Shown here: positions 39,201 to 49,146 of the stretch, one piece after another
Position numbering within the stretch: the stretch's first letter is position 1
Layout of the letters: the number at the start of each line of letters is the position of its first letter
Assembly (NCBI GenBank): GCA_041178425.1
Contig: JBEGVH010000016.1
Location: 64,001-128,000 of the forward strand
Reading direction: 5' to 3'
From: Pseudomonadota bacterium
Lineage (GTDB): Bacteria > Bdellovibrionota > Bdellovibrionia > Bdellovibrionales > Bdellovibrionaceae
Length of the DNA stretch: 64,000 bases
Position numbers and translations under genes: made by a program
Notes under the pieces: generated by a model
Told to the model about the DNA's origin: nothing
What the model saw: only the letters and a program-made list of their open reading frames with translations
Databases searched by the model: none

Positions 39201-40549
39201 CTGAGGATCCTTAGATTGCCCCTTTTTATTTCCTCAATGGCTTTTTCGTACAACTCGGCGTTTTCAAATTGGCTTTTTTGCAAGATTGACTTTGCTGCCT
39301 GAATACCTCGCTCATTATTAAACTCGTCCATTGTTTATTCTTCTAAAGATTGTCTTGGATTTAATTCATGTGCGTTCAGGAATTTTCGTGCGGGTTCTTC
39401 ACCTAAATCTCTTGTTAAAAGCCCCGCCCAAACAAAATGCCTAAAGGAGTCAGCAGCTCCATTGATTCCGGAATGAGGAAAAAATTGATCGCCATTCTTT
39501 TCTGCCAAAAAGGCATTGTAAAACACAACTGCGGCTTCAATCGGATTTTGCTTAACTAAATCTTTTTCGCTGGGATTTAGGGTGGGGTACTGTGAGCTGA
39601 GGTAGCCCAGTAATTTTAGAGCCTGCTCTTCTAATATTTTCTGTATTTCATCTCCGTAAGGAAAAACGGAAGCTAAAATTATAGGTTGGACGTCGTCTCG
39701 AACAGGTCGTAGATAATATTTTGTAGCCTGGAAGGTTTTGATGGCATTGGTAGGATTGTAGAAAGTAATAACTTGCGACTCATAACCATTGCTAGATGTC
39801 GTAGCAGAAATACCAGTTCCGGGCAGCTTCGACACCAAGTTATTTTCAAGTGGCGTAAAACTCGACCGCTTGTTTTCAATTATCTTTTTGAATTCTTTAA
39901 ACGAATAATAGTTTCCTTTAACGAGATGAGCTGCCTCTTTAATTTTTTGCGGTGTTATCTCATCAACAATCTGAGATTTCAATCGGGAAGGCAACGTTAA
40001 AGGTGCCGTCGGAGAGACTTGTTTAACCAATTCTTTTAAAGAATCAGGATATTCATCATAGTAAGTTTCGTTTTCAAGATTCCATATGAGTTCTTGAACT
40101 CTTTGAGTGTTGGTCCCGGGGTTCTTCGCATAAAAGTCGAGAACCTCTTTTATGAGTGAAATTTTTGAAGTTCCTTGAGCCCATTTGAATATTTCCTTTT
40201 GCTCAGGTGTAGCCTTTCCAGAAGATGCGTAAAAAGAAGCTATAACAACTCGAGTTTTAGAATAAGGGGCAAGAGTGATTTTATTTTCGCCCCCTGCCTT
40301 TTTTAAATTGTTGTATGCAATTAGAATTTTAACAAGATATTGTTGATTTTCTGTTTTTTTGAAATCGCTTATTTTTTTAAGGTCATCTCGAAGCTTCTTG
40401 GCATCTGCAAATTCGAATTCATGTTTATAAGCAGGGATACTCTCTACTAATTCTCCGATGAATTCTTTATGTGCACATGAAGCCATTGCAATAAAAGCTG
40501 CAGCGAATACTGTGACATTAAATAATCGGGAAAATTTTGTTCGAATCAT
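39197..40549 (-). pseudogene. Lipoprotein with C-terminal SAA/Wnt-like (DUF6973-like) putative toxin domain; in-frame TAA at 39335-39337
   Basis: Lipobox MASC; ADSFRH...AHE before the stop; frame continues TMDEFNNERG...LRILR to TGA at 39197. Confidence 0.7.
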
Positions 40550-40715
40550 AGGTAGTCAATCTATATTTTAGCATCCCTTTGAATCAACAAAAATAGAATG
40601 AAAAACTTCGATTTAGCGGCTAGAAACCAAAGACCTGTGACATTGAATGGTCTCATTGATCGCTTCAGAATGGAAACAAACTTCCGCTCTTAATAAATCA
40701 CATCAAAAACTCCCT

Positions 40716-41020
40716 TCAATGGGCATGGTCAATCGCTACTTGTCTGCGTAATTTCAGAATATCAATATTTTCAGTTTTTGTAATGAGACCTCTATTGAAA
40801 GCTTGAGTAACGGCTTGTTCAACAAATTCCTTCGATGTTTCACTACTAAAAGAATCAGTGAGAGTTCGCATTGGAGAAGTCACTCTAATGCCATTTGGGA
40901 CTCACGAGAGTTGGGGAGGTTTTTAAGACGATAGATTCCCGCGCCTTCATGGAGCCAGCTCCCTGATTTCACATGGTAGGTAAAATTCGTTGGAAGAAAA
41001 CCGCTCTGGGCTACTGGTAA
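40716..41020 (-). pseudogene. Deleted remnant of an AbiEi/AbiEii type IV toxin-antitoxin locus
   Basis: Manual translation: YHVKSGSWLHEGAGIYRL, frameshift, GIRVTSPMRTLTD...QA...RGLIT, then LRRQVAID. Confidence 0.6.
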
Positions 41021-41237
41021 AACTACGCAAAACACTTATGAAATGGAGGACAGAAATCCTTCACTATTTTGAAACAGGATTGATGAATGCAAGAACAGAG
41101 GGCTACAACCGACGCGCAAAGGGCGAACAATACAACGCTTTTGGAGTTCGCAGTCTTATTAACTATAGACTTCGATTACTAAATATTTAAGATGTTTGAG
41201 ATTTTGAGTGTGTTCCACCATCGACCGAGTAGAATCC
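41020..41237 (+). mobile_element. ISL3 family transposase 3' fragment with putative right end
   Basis: WRTEILHYF...NARTEGYNRRAK...AFGVRSLINYRLR; end sequence CCACCATCGACCGAGTAGAATCC (GG-initiated on the minus strand). Confidence 0.8.
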
Positions 41238-41262
41238 CAACTACTTGAAATAGTTAGAAAAT

Positions 41263-41339
<77 letters not shown>

Positions 41340-41584
41340 ACATATCGGACGCAGAACGACCTTCTAAATCGAAATAGTCGCCCCTGTCAATTAGCGACCA
41401 CGCGTTTCGCAGGAGAATTTTTCTAAGATTGACAGTTTTGCTCATTCATTCTGCAATCAACCTATTGGCTTCTCGGCTTTGCAGCTAATTTGAGCTGAAT
41501 ACACCGCCTTAGCGGGCCCTTAACTTCCATTTTGGCTTCAATATTGGCCAGAAAAAGGATTTTTGGAATAATTACGGAGGATAG

Positions 41585-43057
41585 ATGAAGAAATTAATCA
41601 CCTGTGGCCTAACTCTGATTCTGGGAGCCTGTAACCCAACTCTCAACAAGGGCGGGTTCGGAATCAACAAAGATCAAAAAAAACCCTCAGATATAGCTAT
41701 CGAAGGCCAAAATTCTCCAACCATTACCGTCACTAATCTAAAGGGCGATCCTTTAGAGGGGGCCCAAATTCTCTTTGGAAACAGACTGGGGCAGCCCTTT
41801 ATTAATAATTTAATTGAAACCAATCGCTCTGGCCATGCCCCAATTCCAAAAGAATGGAATGCTCCCATTGCGGTGACTGTTAATTATCCGGGACATATGC
41901 GAGTCACGTACCTCAATGTGGCCCCTGGACCGCTCAACTTTAAACTTCGACCCCTCGAAAAAAACCAGCGAATTGAAGTCTCTGGAACAACCACCGGATT
42001 CGGCACACTAAAATCTAATAATATCGCTGATTTTGGACTCGTCATTAACTCATTAACTAAACGTGATTTGTTTTCGTTTAGCTTGGATAAAATAATCAGT
42101 ACCGACATGGATACACTAGAAATTGCGGGTCAATCAGCTGAGGTCCCAAGCAATATTACCTTTCCACGACAAAAAGAATCCTATTTTATTCCTGTGGTCA
42201 TCGAGAAAGAACGATACCGAATTTACTACGGTGAGATTGGGCACAAAAAATTGTATGCTCTCCATGGAAAGTTTCCATTTAAGGAAGTTGTCGATCAAAT
42301 TCGACAAAAAGTTCCCTTTCCTAATCTCGTGAACTACTTTCATTTTGCCAGCGGCTCCGTGAAAGAGGTTCTTCTCGATGGTCCCTTACAACTTAATCTA
42401 CCAGTGAACGAAATGGTCTTTAATAGTGAGGATCATATCACTCCACCTGTCGTGGGTGATGACAAAGTTATGCTGGCGATTTCCCTTTTTGAGCGAGGTG
42501 GATACCTTTACCCCACGGCACTTCACAAGGTAGAAGACTCTCAACCTTTCACCCTTAGAGGATTAGACAAAGCCAATCGACTTTTCCTATCGATGTTGGC
42601 AAGAGCAAGTGATTTTAATACTCGGAGACCCGCTCAAGAAGCTGTAAGCGTTGAACTCGTGCAACAAAAGCAATACCACACCCCTGAGTTTATAGATATT
42701 TTTTCTCAACCAACGGCAACCCCAGAGGGGTGGGAGACACAGGCTCCGCAAGCTCCAAAAACTGTAATTCCTTTAACAACTTATTCAGTACTTTCAACAG
42801 TCACTAAAAGTGGTAAACAAAAAACTATTACTCGCGAGTGGGAAGTGTTCGCTGGTGAATGGAGAGACTCTGTGGCCCTACCAGAATGGCCCTCAGATAC
42901 AATTATCGAAAGCACAACACCTTCAACTGGCCTGCGTTGGGAAGTCAGCTACATCGGAACAAATCAAAAACTACCTATTCCAGTCGCTGCTCAATTTGGC
43001 CCCGATGTTGTTGATTACTCAACTCATATTAGTTTCAATAGTATAGAATTTCAGTGA
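41585..43057 (+). CDS. Hypothetical lipoprotein with carboxypeptidase-regulatory-like N-terminal domain
   Basis: Lipobox LGAC; GDPLEGAQI...TNRSGHA pattern. Confidence 0.75.
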   Translation: MKKLITCGLTLILGACNPTLNKGGFGINKDQKKPSDIAIEGQNSPTITVTNLKGDPLEGAQILFGNRLGQPFINNLIETNRSGHAPIPKEWNAPIAVTVNYPGHMRVTYLNVAPGPLNFKLRPLEKNQRIEVSGTTTGFGTLKSNNIADFGLVINSLTKRDLFSFSLDKIISTDMDTLEIAGQSAEVPSNITFPRQKESYFIPVVIEKERYRIYYGEIGHKKLYALHGKFPFKEVVDQIRQKVPFPNLVNYFHFASGSVKEVLLDGPLQLNLPVNEMVFNSEDHITPPVVGDDKVMLAISLFERGGYLYPTALHKVEDSQPFTLRGLDKANRLFLSMLARASDFNTRRPAQEAVSVELVQQKQYHTPEFIDIFSQPTATPEGWETQAPQAPKTVIPLTTYSVLSTVTKSGKQKTITREWEVFAGEWRDSVALPEWPSDTIIESTTPSTGLRWEVSYIGTNQKLPIPVAAQFGPDVVDYSTHISFNSIEFQ

Positions 43058-43103
43058 TGCTAACGAGGGGTCAAAACCTGACCCCCTCAAAACTGGTACA
43101 GTT

Positions 43104-43568
43104 ATGAAAAAAAATCTTTCTCTTGTCCTCTTATTCTCGCTTTCTGGGTGCATCTCATTGACTCCTCAAGAGGCTCCACTCAAGGAAGCGGTCTTTAGAG
43201 CTCCCTTGCAACAAGTATGGCTTTCGGCAGAAAAGGCATTGACCAATTATCCCATTGCCGAAAGCAACATTGATTCAGGTCTTTTAAAAACTGATTACCA
43301 AAGAGGCCCAAACTGCTGGACAGCCCCCGGAGTCTCTGAAAAATATTCTTCGGGAATTCGCTGCAATATGTTGTTCCAATTTGTATTTCTACAAGGAACA
43401 GGAACTCGAGTTCGGATAACTAAAACTATAGAAATGGTGAGAGACTTTGTTGCTGAACCCGAAAAAATAGAATCTGATGGGCTCGAAGAAATGTCGATCC
43501 TCTACAGAATCGACCGCGAATTAACGATCAATAAGGAAATAAGTCAGAACTCAAAAAAATCAAAGTGA
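43104..43568 (+). CDS. Hypothetical lipoprotein (BamC-like helix-grip fold possible)
   Basis: Lipobox LSGC; VW...AL...YPI...DSGLLKTD. Confidence 0.6.
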   Translation: MKKNLSLVLLFSLSGCISLTPQEAPLKEAVFRAPLQQVWLSAEKALTNYPIAESNIDSGLLKTDYQRGPNCWTAPGVSEKYSSGIRCNMLFQFVFLQGTGTRVRITKTIEMVRDFVAEPEKIESDGLEEMSILYRIDRELTINKEISQNSKKSK

Positions 43569-44306
43569 TTTTGTTTTTCCATTGGTCTCCCACCAATTCA
43601 ACCACCGAGTGCGGTGATCTTCGATGGAGTCCTGATCGGAACCAAATTGAAAATCAGAGGCTTTTTCTAAGGCGTGAATGGTCACCGCCTGAAGCTCTAC
43701 TTCGCCTTCTTTGAGAATCTCAATGAACTGTGAAATCTCTTTCTTTAGCGGCCGCTTTGCCAAGTGTTTTAGAACTTGTGGCCGAATCCATAGGCTCTGG
43801 CCCTTTCTGGAGTTGGCCGAGTCATTAAGAGCCTTCCAAAGGAGTTCCCTATCAGAGTCCAATCCCGTAGTGGCAAGAACATCGGCCGCAGACGACCTAA
43901 CAACAAGAGCTTTATCTTTAATTAATGCTCGCGCGATATCGGCTGATTCATCGGCTGAGATTTCATTGGCTGCTGACAAGGACGCTGATCGCATGAACCA
44001 ATCGGGGCTTTTTGAAGCTGCTAAAACATCGGCTCTCATGTCTGATCCTAGCAACCGACTTGCTAAGACCAGCGCTTTCCATCGAATGTTCAAATCCGTA
44101 TTCTTATCTGAAGCAATTGCTTTAAGTGCACTTTTTTGTTCTTCCGATAGATCTTTAGAAGCTTTTTCTAAATCTGTTTTCTCGAGCTGAAGCAACTTTG
44201 CTGTTTCCTGTAAAATATCTTTCTGCTGCTCTATAGGAGAAATAGCGGCCATCGCAAGATCAATTGAAATAAGTGATGCAGTTAAAAACAATATTTGCTT
44301 CAACAA
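43560..44306 (-). CDS. Exported HEAT-repeat protein
   Basis: Repeated D..W.MRS and D..LVVRSSAA units; ends WLNWW. Confidence 0.75.
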   Translation of the reverse strand: MLKQILFLTASLISIDLAMAAISPIEQQKDILQETAKLLQLEKTDLEKASKDLSEEQKSALKAIASDKNTDLNIRWKALVLASRLLGSDMRADVLAASKSPDWFMRSASLSAANEISADESADIARALIKDKALVVRSSAADVLATTGLDSDRELLWKALNDSANSRKGQSLWIRPQVLKHLAKRPLKKEISQFIEILKEGEVELQAVTIHALEKASDFQFGSDQDSIEDHRTRWLNWWETNGKTKSL

Positions 44307-44307
44307 C

Positions 44308-45372
44308 CTAGGCTCCTTCTTTTTTTAAGAACTCATCAAATTTGTTGAGAGCCTCAGTATCCACTTTTTCCATGCTAGACGCTTCTTCGAGAAGCTTATC
44401 AGTATCGACAGTTTGCTCTAACGCGTTTTCACCCTCTTTTACCTCAGCATCCGAAGGAAGCGCGTTAACTTCTGACATCATTTTATCGATATTGATCTCT
44501 CCCTGAAGAGCATCTGAAGCTGACTCAGGCGCAACATTCGCTTCAGGTTCCTGTTCGTCACCCGCGAGCGGCCCTCCTTCTGTTGCTGTGACTTCAGCCT
44601 CAGCTTTGGCAGCTACTTTTTGTTCTGCCACTGCCTTTTCAAATTCGGCCATAATTGCATCATCAGCAGCGTCAGAAGTTGCAACTTTCTCTAGAGCTGG
44701 CTCAGGAGTTGGTGCAGCCGCTGTAACAGGAACTGGCTCAGGAGTTGGTGTAGGAGTTGGTTCTGAAACTGGCATAGGCTCTAGAGATGGGATGGAGCGG
44801 GCTACACCACTATCGGCTTGGAGATTCATCATTTTTGTTTTTAACTGTTCCACTTCTGCAAGGAGCCGGGCATTTTCCTCTTTATACAACGACAGATCTG
44901 CAATGTCGTCTTCAATGACAGCATACTCGGCAAGACGTGCTTCTAAATCTTTTACCTTAGCCTCGAGTGCTACGGTGTCTCCACTTCCCTCACTCGCGGG
45001 GGTGGTAGTACCAGCTTCACCCGCTGGGGCGGCCGCTAAATGACTCTTTAACTGCTCTAGTTCTTCATGCTTGTGAACAAGTTGATCTTTAAGTTCTTCG
45101 ATCTGTTTATTAAGCCCCTCAAGAACTTCATCTTTTTTTGCGGGATCACTATCTACAGCCGGACTCCCATGGGAAGCCTGGGCATGGCTCTCTAAAATTT
45201 TCTTAATTCCTTCTTCCAGGCTTTTAAGATCAGCCCCCGAGGATGGCTCCTCTGGCTTTGCAAATGTACGCATCGTATACAAAATAATGGCCCCGAGGAC
45301 GACTCCGAAAAGCACCTCAATAATTAGGACATTGCTTCTAAAGAAAAAGTTTAAAAAATGCTCTAAATTCAC
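44308..45372 (-). CDS. Membrane-anchored coiled-coil protein with Pro-rich and acidic tail
   Basis: N-terminal TM, heptads, PTPTPTPEP, D/E-rich C-terminus. Confidence 0.75.
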   Translation of the reverse strand: MNLEHFLNFFFRSNVLIIEVLFGVVLGAIILYTMRTFAKPEEPSSGADLKSLEEGIKKILESHAQASHGSPAVDSDPAKKDEVLEGLNKQIEELKDQLVHKHEELEQLKSHLAAAPAGEAGTTTPASEGSGDTVALEAKVKDLEARLAEYAVIEDDIADLSLYKEENARLLAEVEQLKTKMMNLQADSGVARSIPSLEPMPVSEPTPTPTPEPVPVTAAAPTPEPALEKVATSDAADDAIMAEFEKAVAEQKVAAKAEAEVTATEGGPLAGDEQEPEANVAPESASDALQGEINIDKMMSEVNALPSDAEVKEGENALEQTVDTDKLLEEASSMEKVDTEALNKFDEFLKKEGA

Positions 45373-45474
45373 CCTTTCAGTTTAATTCACCAAAAATTGG
45401 GGTCAAGAATCGACCCCATAAACAATTAAGTCCTAGTCCTAGACCCTGAAAGAAAAGTCTGGTATACTTTGGTC

Positions 45475-46830
45475 ATGTCTAAAACGTCTGAGAATGAAAC
45501 AAAATTTGATTATACTTTAGTCGGTGGTCAAGTCGCTCTGACGACTCCCAACGGTGACATTAAAATAGTTAAAACTGATATCGGCATCATCAATGGCAAA
45601 GTGGCTCAAATAGGTTACCTCCGATCATCACCGACGTCTCAAAAAATTGATATTGAGGGACTTCACGTTTTACCTGGTGTCGTCGATTCTCAGGTTCACT
45701 TTAGAGAACCTGGCCTAACACACAAAGAAGACCTCGAAACCGGGACGAGAGCAGCACTACTTGGTGGCGTTACCGCCGTCTTTGAAATGCCGAATACTCA
45801 ACCCAGTACAACTGATCGCCAATCGTTTCAAAACAAGGTCCGCGCGCTCGAAAATAGAGCTTGGTGCAATGTGGGTTTTTATATTGGGGGAGCTCACGAT
45901 AACATTGACCAACTGGAAGAACTTGAAAGTCTTGACGGCTGCTGCGGTGTAAAAGTGTTTATGGGTAGTTCGACCGGCTCATTGCTTGTTGAGGACGATG
46001 CCGCTCTTTTAAATATACTCAAACATGGTAAACGCAGAATGGCGGTCCATTGCGAAGATGAATATCGATTGAGAGAGCGAAAGTCGATTGCGATAGATGG
46101 AAAGTCAGCCCATCTTCATCCGGTTTGGCGAGATGAGGAAACCTCCTTAATAGCCGTTCAACGATTAGTGCGACTTGCATCTCAAGCACAGCGTCTAATT
46201 CATATTCTCCATGTCACTACAAAACAAGAGGTGGAGTTTCTCGCTGCTCATAAAAATATCGCCACGATCGAAGTGCTTCCACAGCATCTTACACTCGCAG
46301 CTCCCGAATGCTACGAAAGACTCGGGAATTTTGCCCAGCAAAACCCACCCATTCGCGATAAATCACATCAAGCGGCACTCTGGAGAGCTTTGCAAAAGGG
46401 TATTATCGATGTGATTGGATCTGATCACGCTCCGCATACGATTGATGAAAAAAAACGTGAGTACCCTCAGTCGCCTTCGGGCATGCCTGGAGTGCAAACG
46501 CTTTTACCAATAATGTTGAACCACGTAAACAATGGACAACTCTCCTTGGAACATTTGATTCGTTTGATTTCGATAAATCCTGCAAAAATTTTTAAGATTC
46601 AGGGCCATGGAAAACTCGAGATTGGTTGTAACGCCAATCTTACAATCGTTGATTTGAAAGCTGAACGTAGAATTGAAAACAAATGGATTGCGAGTCGGTG
46701 TGGTTGGACTCCGTTTGATGGAATGAAAGTAAAAGGCTGGATGAAAGCCTGTTTTGTTAATGGCCAGCTCGCTATGATGGAAGACCAGATCATCGACGGG
46801 CCTAAAGGCCAACTTCTTCATTTTAGCTGA
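45475..46830 (+). CDS. pyrC: Dihydroorotase
   Basis: DSQVHFREPG, EMPNT, HCED, SDHAPH. Confidence 0.88.
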   Translation: MSKTSENETKFDYTLVGGQVALTTPNGDIKIVKTDIGIINGKVAQIGYLRSSPTSQKIDIEGLHVLPGVVDSQVHFREPGLTHKEDLETGTRAALLGGVTAVFEMPNTQPSTTDRQSFQNKVRALENRAWCNVGFYIGGAHDNIDQLEELESLDGCCGVKVFMGSSTGSLLVEDDAALLNILKHGKRRMAVHCEDEYRLRERKSIAIDGKSAHLHPVWRDEETSLIAVQRLVRLASQAQRLIHILHVTTKQEVEFLAAHKNIATIEVLPQHLTLAAPECYERLGNFAQQNPPIRDKSHQAALWRALQKGIIDVIGSDHAPHTIDEKKREYPQSPSGMPGVQTLLPIMLNHVNNGQLSLEHLIRLISINPAKIFKIQGHGKLEIGCNANLTIVDLKAERRIENKWIASRCGWTPFDGMKVKGWMKACFVNGQLAMMEDQIIDGPKGQLLHFS

Positions 46831-46938
46831 CCCTAGTTCTCAGACCTTGAAGACTTCGACTTATTACTAAAGCCGTGACTTTGTGATTTAGAGGAACTCT
46901 GTTTCTCAGTCTTACAAACAAAAAGTAAACTGGTAGCG

Positions 46939-47574
46939 ATGTTTCAAATTAAGCGACCACCGCACTTTAGCAATTTAAAACGGCGACTTCCTCATTGGGG
47001 ACGGCCTAATAAAGCTGTCTTCTACTTTATTGGTTCTACCTTCTTTTTAAACACTCTGATTCTTAGCCCCTTCATCTACTTCACTAACCAAAATTTTAAT
47101 TTTTTTCAAAACTTAGCAATCGATACCAGCCCAACTCTGTTAACTCACCTGGAGCGTGAGCAAACTTGGTTTAATATAATTGCTATTGCTCTGTTATTTG
47201 CAATCAATATATCCAACTGGCGTTTTGCCATGAAGCTTCTCCGAAACTATAAAGGCCAAATATTTGCCCTTGATCGACACCTCAAGCACTTAATTCGCGG
47301 AGAATGGTTTGTGCCACCACTCCGTGTTCGAAGAACGGATGATTTTAAGGAAGTGGTGGAACAGTACGGCTATTTCTATAAATCGATTCAAGCTATTACA
47401 AAAGCAGAGATTCAGATTCTCGAACAAATGAAAATAGATCCCTCTGAGCGGGACAGCTTTCTTTTATGGAGAACTCTGCTCAATCAAAAAAAAGCACGCC
47501 TTGGTTTTGAAGATATTGGGCGAGAAAATGCGCGCGCTGCTGAACTTGGGGTTCACTGGAAGAAAGCCCTTTAA
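46939..47574 (+). CDS. Two-TM protein with HAMP-like segment
   Basis: Two hydrophobic helices, then LIRGE...LRVRRTDDF. Confidence 0.6.
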   Translation: MFQIKRPPHFSNLKRRLPHWGRPNKAVFYFIGSTFFLNTLILSPFIYFTNQNFNFFQNLAIDTSPTLLTHLEREQTWFNIIAIALLFAINISNWRFAMKLLRNYKGQIFALDRHLKHLIRGEWFVPPLRVRRTDDFKEVVEQYGYFYKSIQAITKAEIQILEQMKIDPSERDSFLLWRTLLNQKKARLGFEDIGRENARAAELGVHWKKAL

Positions 47575-48683
47575 AACAGTCTCAAACCCAAGGAAAAAAT
47601 TGAAGCCCACTCTTGATCAATTTTAGCCGCTGTATATTTCAAAGTTAATGGTAGGTAGGAGTGATCAAAAATAAAGTTAACGCCCGTAGCGAAACTCCCA
47701 CTTTCAGTCTTCCAAGAGCTAAGGCCACTCACTAGCGACCCCGTTAACAAATTGGGCGTTGTTCTCTGCCACTTCCACCCAATAAAAAATAGTTCTGACC
47801 GTTTAGATTCGCCCCCTACCCAAAAACCATGTGAGAAGACTAATCGATCAAAAATAGTTAATCCCAAGTCAGCCTCAAAATTATTGTTATCCCAAGCATC
47901 CACCGCGGATGTTAGCATGCCCTGATTATACCAAACTGAAAGATCTAAATTTGATTCGGCTAACTTCACTGGAACAGCATCATTCTTGCCTTTATTCTCC
48001 TCAATAAACGCTCGAACTATCTTAGGGCCAATGAGATGAGTAATATTACCTACCCCTGGATCAATTCTCTTTCTCGAGACAACGCCCACGATTTGCCCAA
48101 GATTGTTCAGAGCTGGTCCCCCAGAATTACCGGGGCTCACAGAGATATCAGAAATGATGGAAGCTTCGCTTCTTTGAGAGATGACACCTTTTGAAAAAAG
48201 GTAGGTACTCTCGTTGTCAAACGGCGGAAATTCAAATGTTCTAGCTGAGCTAGGGTGTCCGATCGTTGCCAATTCATCAGCAACATTTAAGTTATTATCA
48301 TCGGTCAAAACAGAGAATGGTTCGCCGACACCAGGAGTATTTAGCCTCAACAAGGCCAAGTCATTCTTACGGTCAATAGCCACAACAATGGCAGTGGAGG
48401 ATTGATCGTAGCGCTGCCCCCAAAACAAATAGACCTCTCTTAAAACAGCCACGCAGTGGGCAGCTGTCAAAACCAAGTCGCTATCAATCCTAGCGCCAGA
48501 GCATAGTCGACCAGCAGAAAAAATAACGGGAATCTTTTCTTTTGCCTCCGAATAAATTTGCTGCCATGGCTTTATTTTATTGGGAAGATTAATCGACATT
48601 TCAGTGGCCGACATGGGGATTCCATGAAAAAAAAGAGCGCTGAATAGGCAAATAAAGCGATAGAGAGCCGACTTATGGTTCAT
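47571..48683 (-). CDS. S1 (trypsin-like) serine protease with beta-rich C-terminal domain
   Basis: TAAHC, DLALL, GNSGGP; ends LGLRLF. Confidence 0.85.
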   Translation of the reverse strand: MNHKSALYRFICLFSALFFHGIPMSATEMSINLPNKIKPWQQIYSEAKEKIPVIFSAGRLCSGARIDSDLVLTAAHCVAVLREVYLFWGQRYDQSSTAIVVAIDRKNDLALLRLNTPGVGEPFSVLTDDNNLNVADELATIGHPSSARTFEFPPFDNESTYLFSKGVISQRSEASIISDISVSPGNSGGPALNNLGQIVGVVSRKRIDPGVGNITHLIGPKIVRAFIEENKGKNDAVPVKLAESNLDLSVWYNQGMLTSAVDAWDNNNFEADLGLTIFDRLVFSHGFWVGGESKRSELFFIGWKWQRTTPNLLTGSLVSGLSSWKTESGSFATGVNFIFDHSYLPLTLKYTAAKIDQEWASIFSLGLRLF

Positions 48684-48693
48684 TTTTTTTGCC

Positions 48694-49146
48694 TCAACGA
48701 TTATGTTTCATTTGCTGTTTAACCTCACGAACGGCTTCTCGTTGTTTAATCGACTCGCGTTTATCATGTTGTTTTTTACCCTTAGCTAACGCAATCTCGA
48801 TTTTAATTCGCCCATTCTTAAAGTATATTTTTAAAGGTACGCAACTGAGTCCTTTTTCTCGAAGAGCTCCATAGATTTTCTCAAGTTCGTGACGATGGAG
48901 AAGTAATTTTCTCAGGCGCTCTGGCTCATGATTATTATAGCTACTCGCCTTGTATTCGGAGATGTGCGCATTTTGAAGAAACGCCTCATCTCCGACAAAG
49001 GAAACATAGGAATCTTTGAGCTGAACCTGCTTATTACGAATTGATTTAACCTCACTACCCGTCAAAGAAATACCAGCTTCGTAAGTTTCAATAATTTGGT
49101 AGTCGAATCGCGCCTTTCGATTCTCAGAAATTATTAAAATACTCAT
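48694..49146 (-). CDS. smpB: SsrA-binding protein
   Basis: NRKARFDY, GSEVKS, RKLLLH, GKKQHDKR. Confidence 0.97.
   Translation of the reverse strand: MSILIISENRKARFDYQIIETYEAGISLTGSEVKSIRNKQVQLKDSYVSFVGDEAFLQNAHISEYKASSYNNHEPERLRKLLLHRHELEKIYGALREKGLSCVPLKIYFKNGRIKIEIALAKGKKQHDKRESIKQREAVREVKQQMKHNR

Noticed and set aside
40990..41019. 5' part of the 66-aa ORF treated as transposase
   Set aside because: These bases fit better as the antisense of the AbiEi relic; ISL3 similarity starts near 41020.
33850..41260. Duplicated tRNA 3' end (att site) or integrase
   Set aside because: None found by eye; the element cannot be called an intact integrative element.
43711..45043. Long plus-strand ORFs (159 aa and 151 aa)
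   Set aside because: Antisense shadows of the HEAT-repeat and coiled-coil genes.
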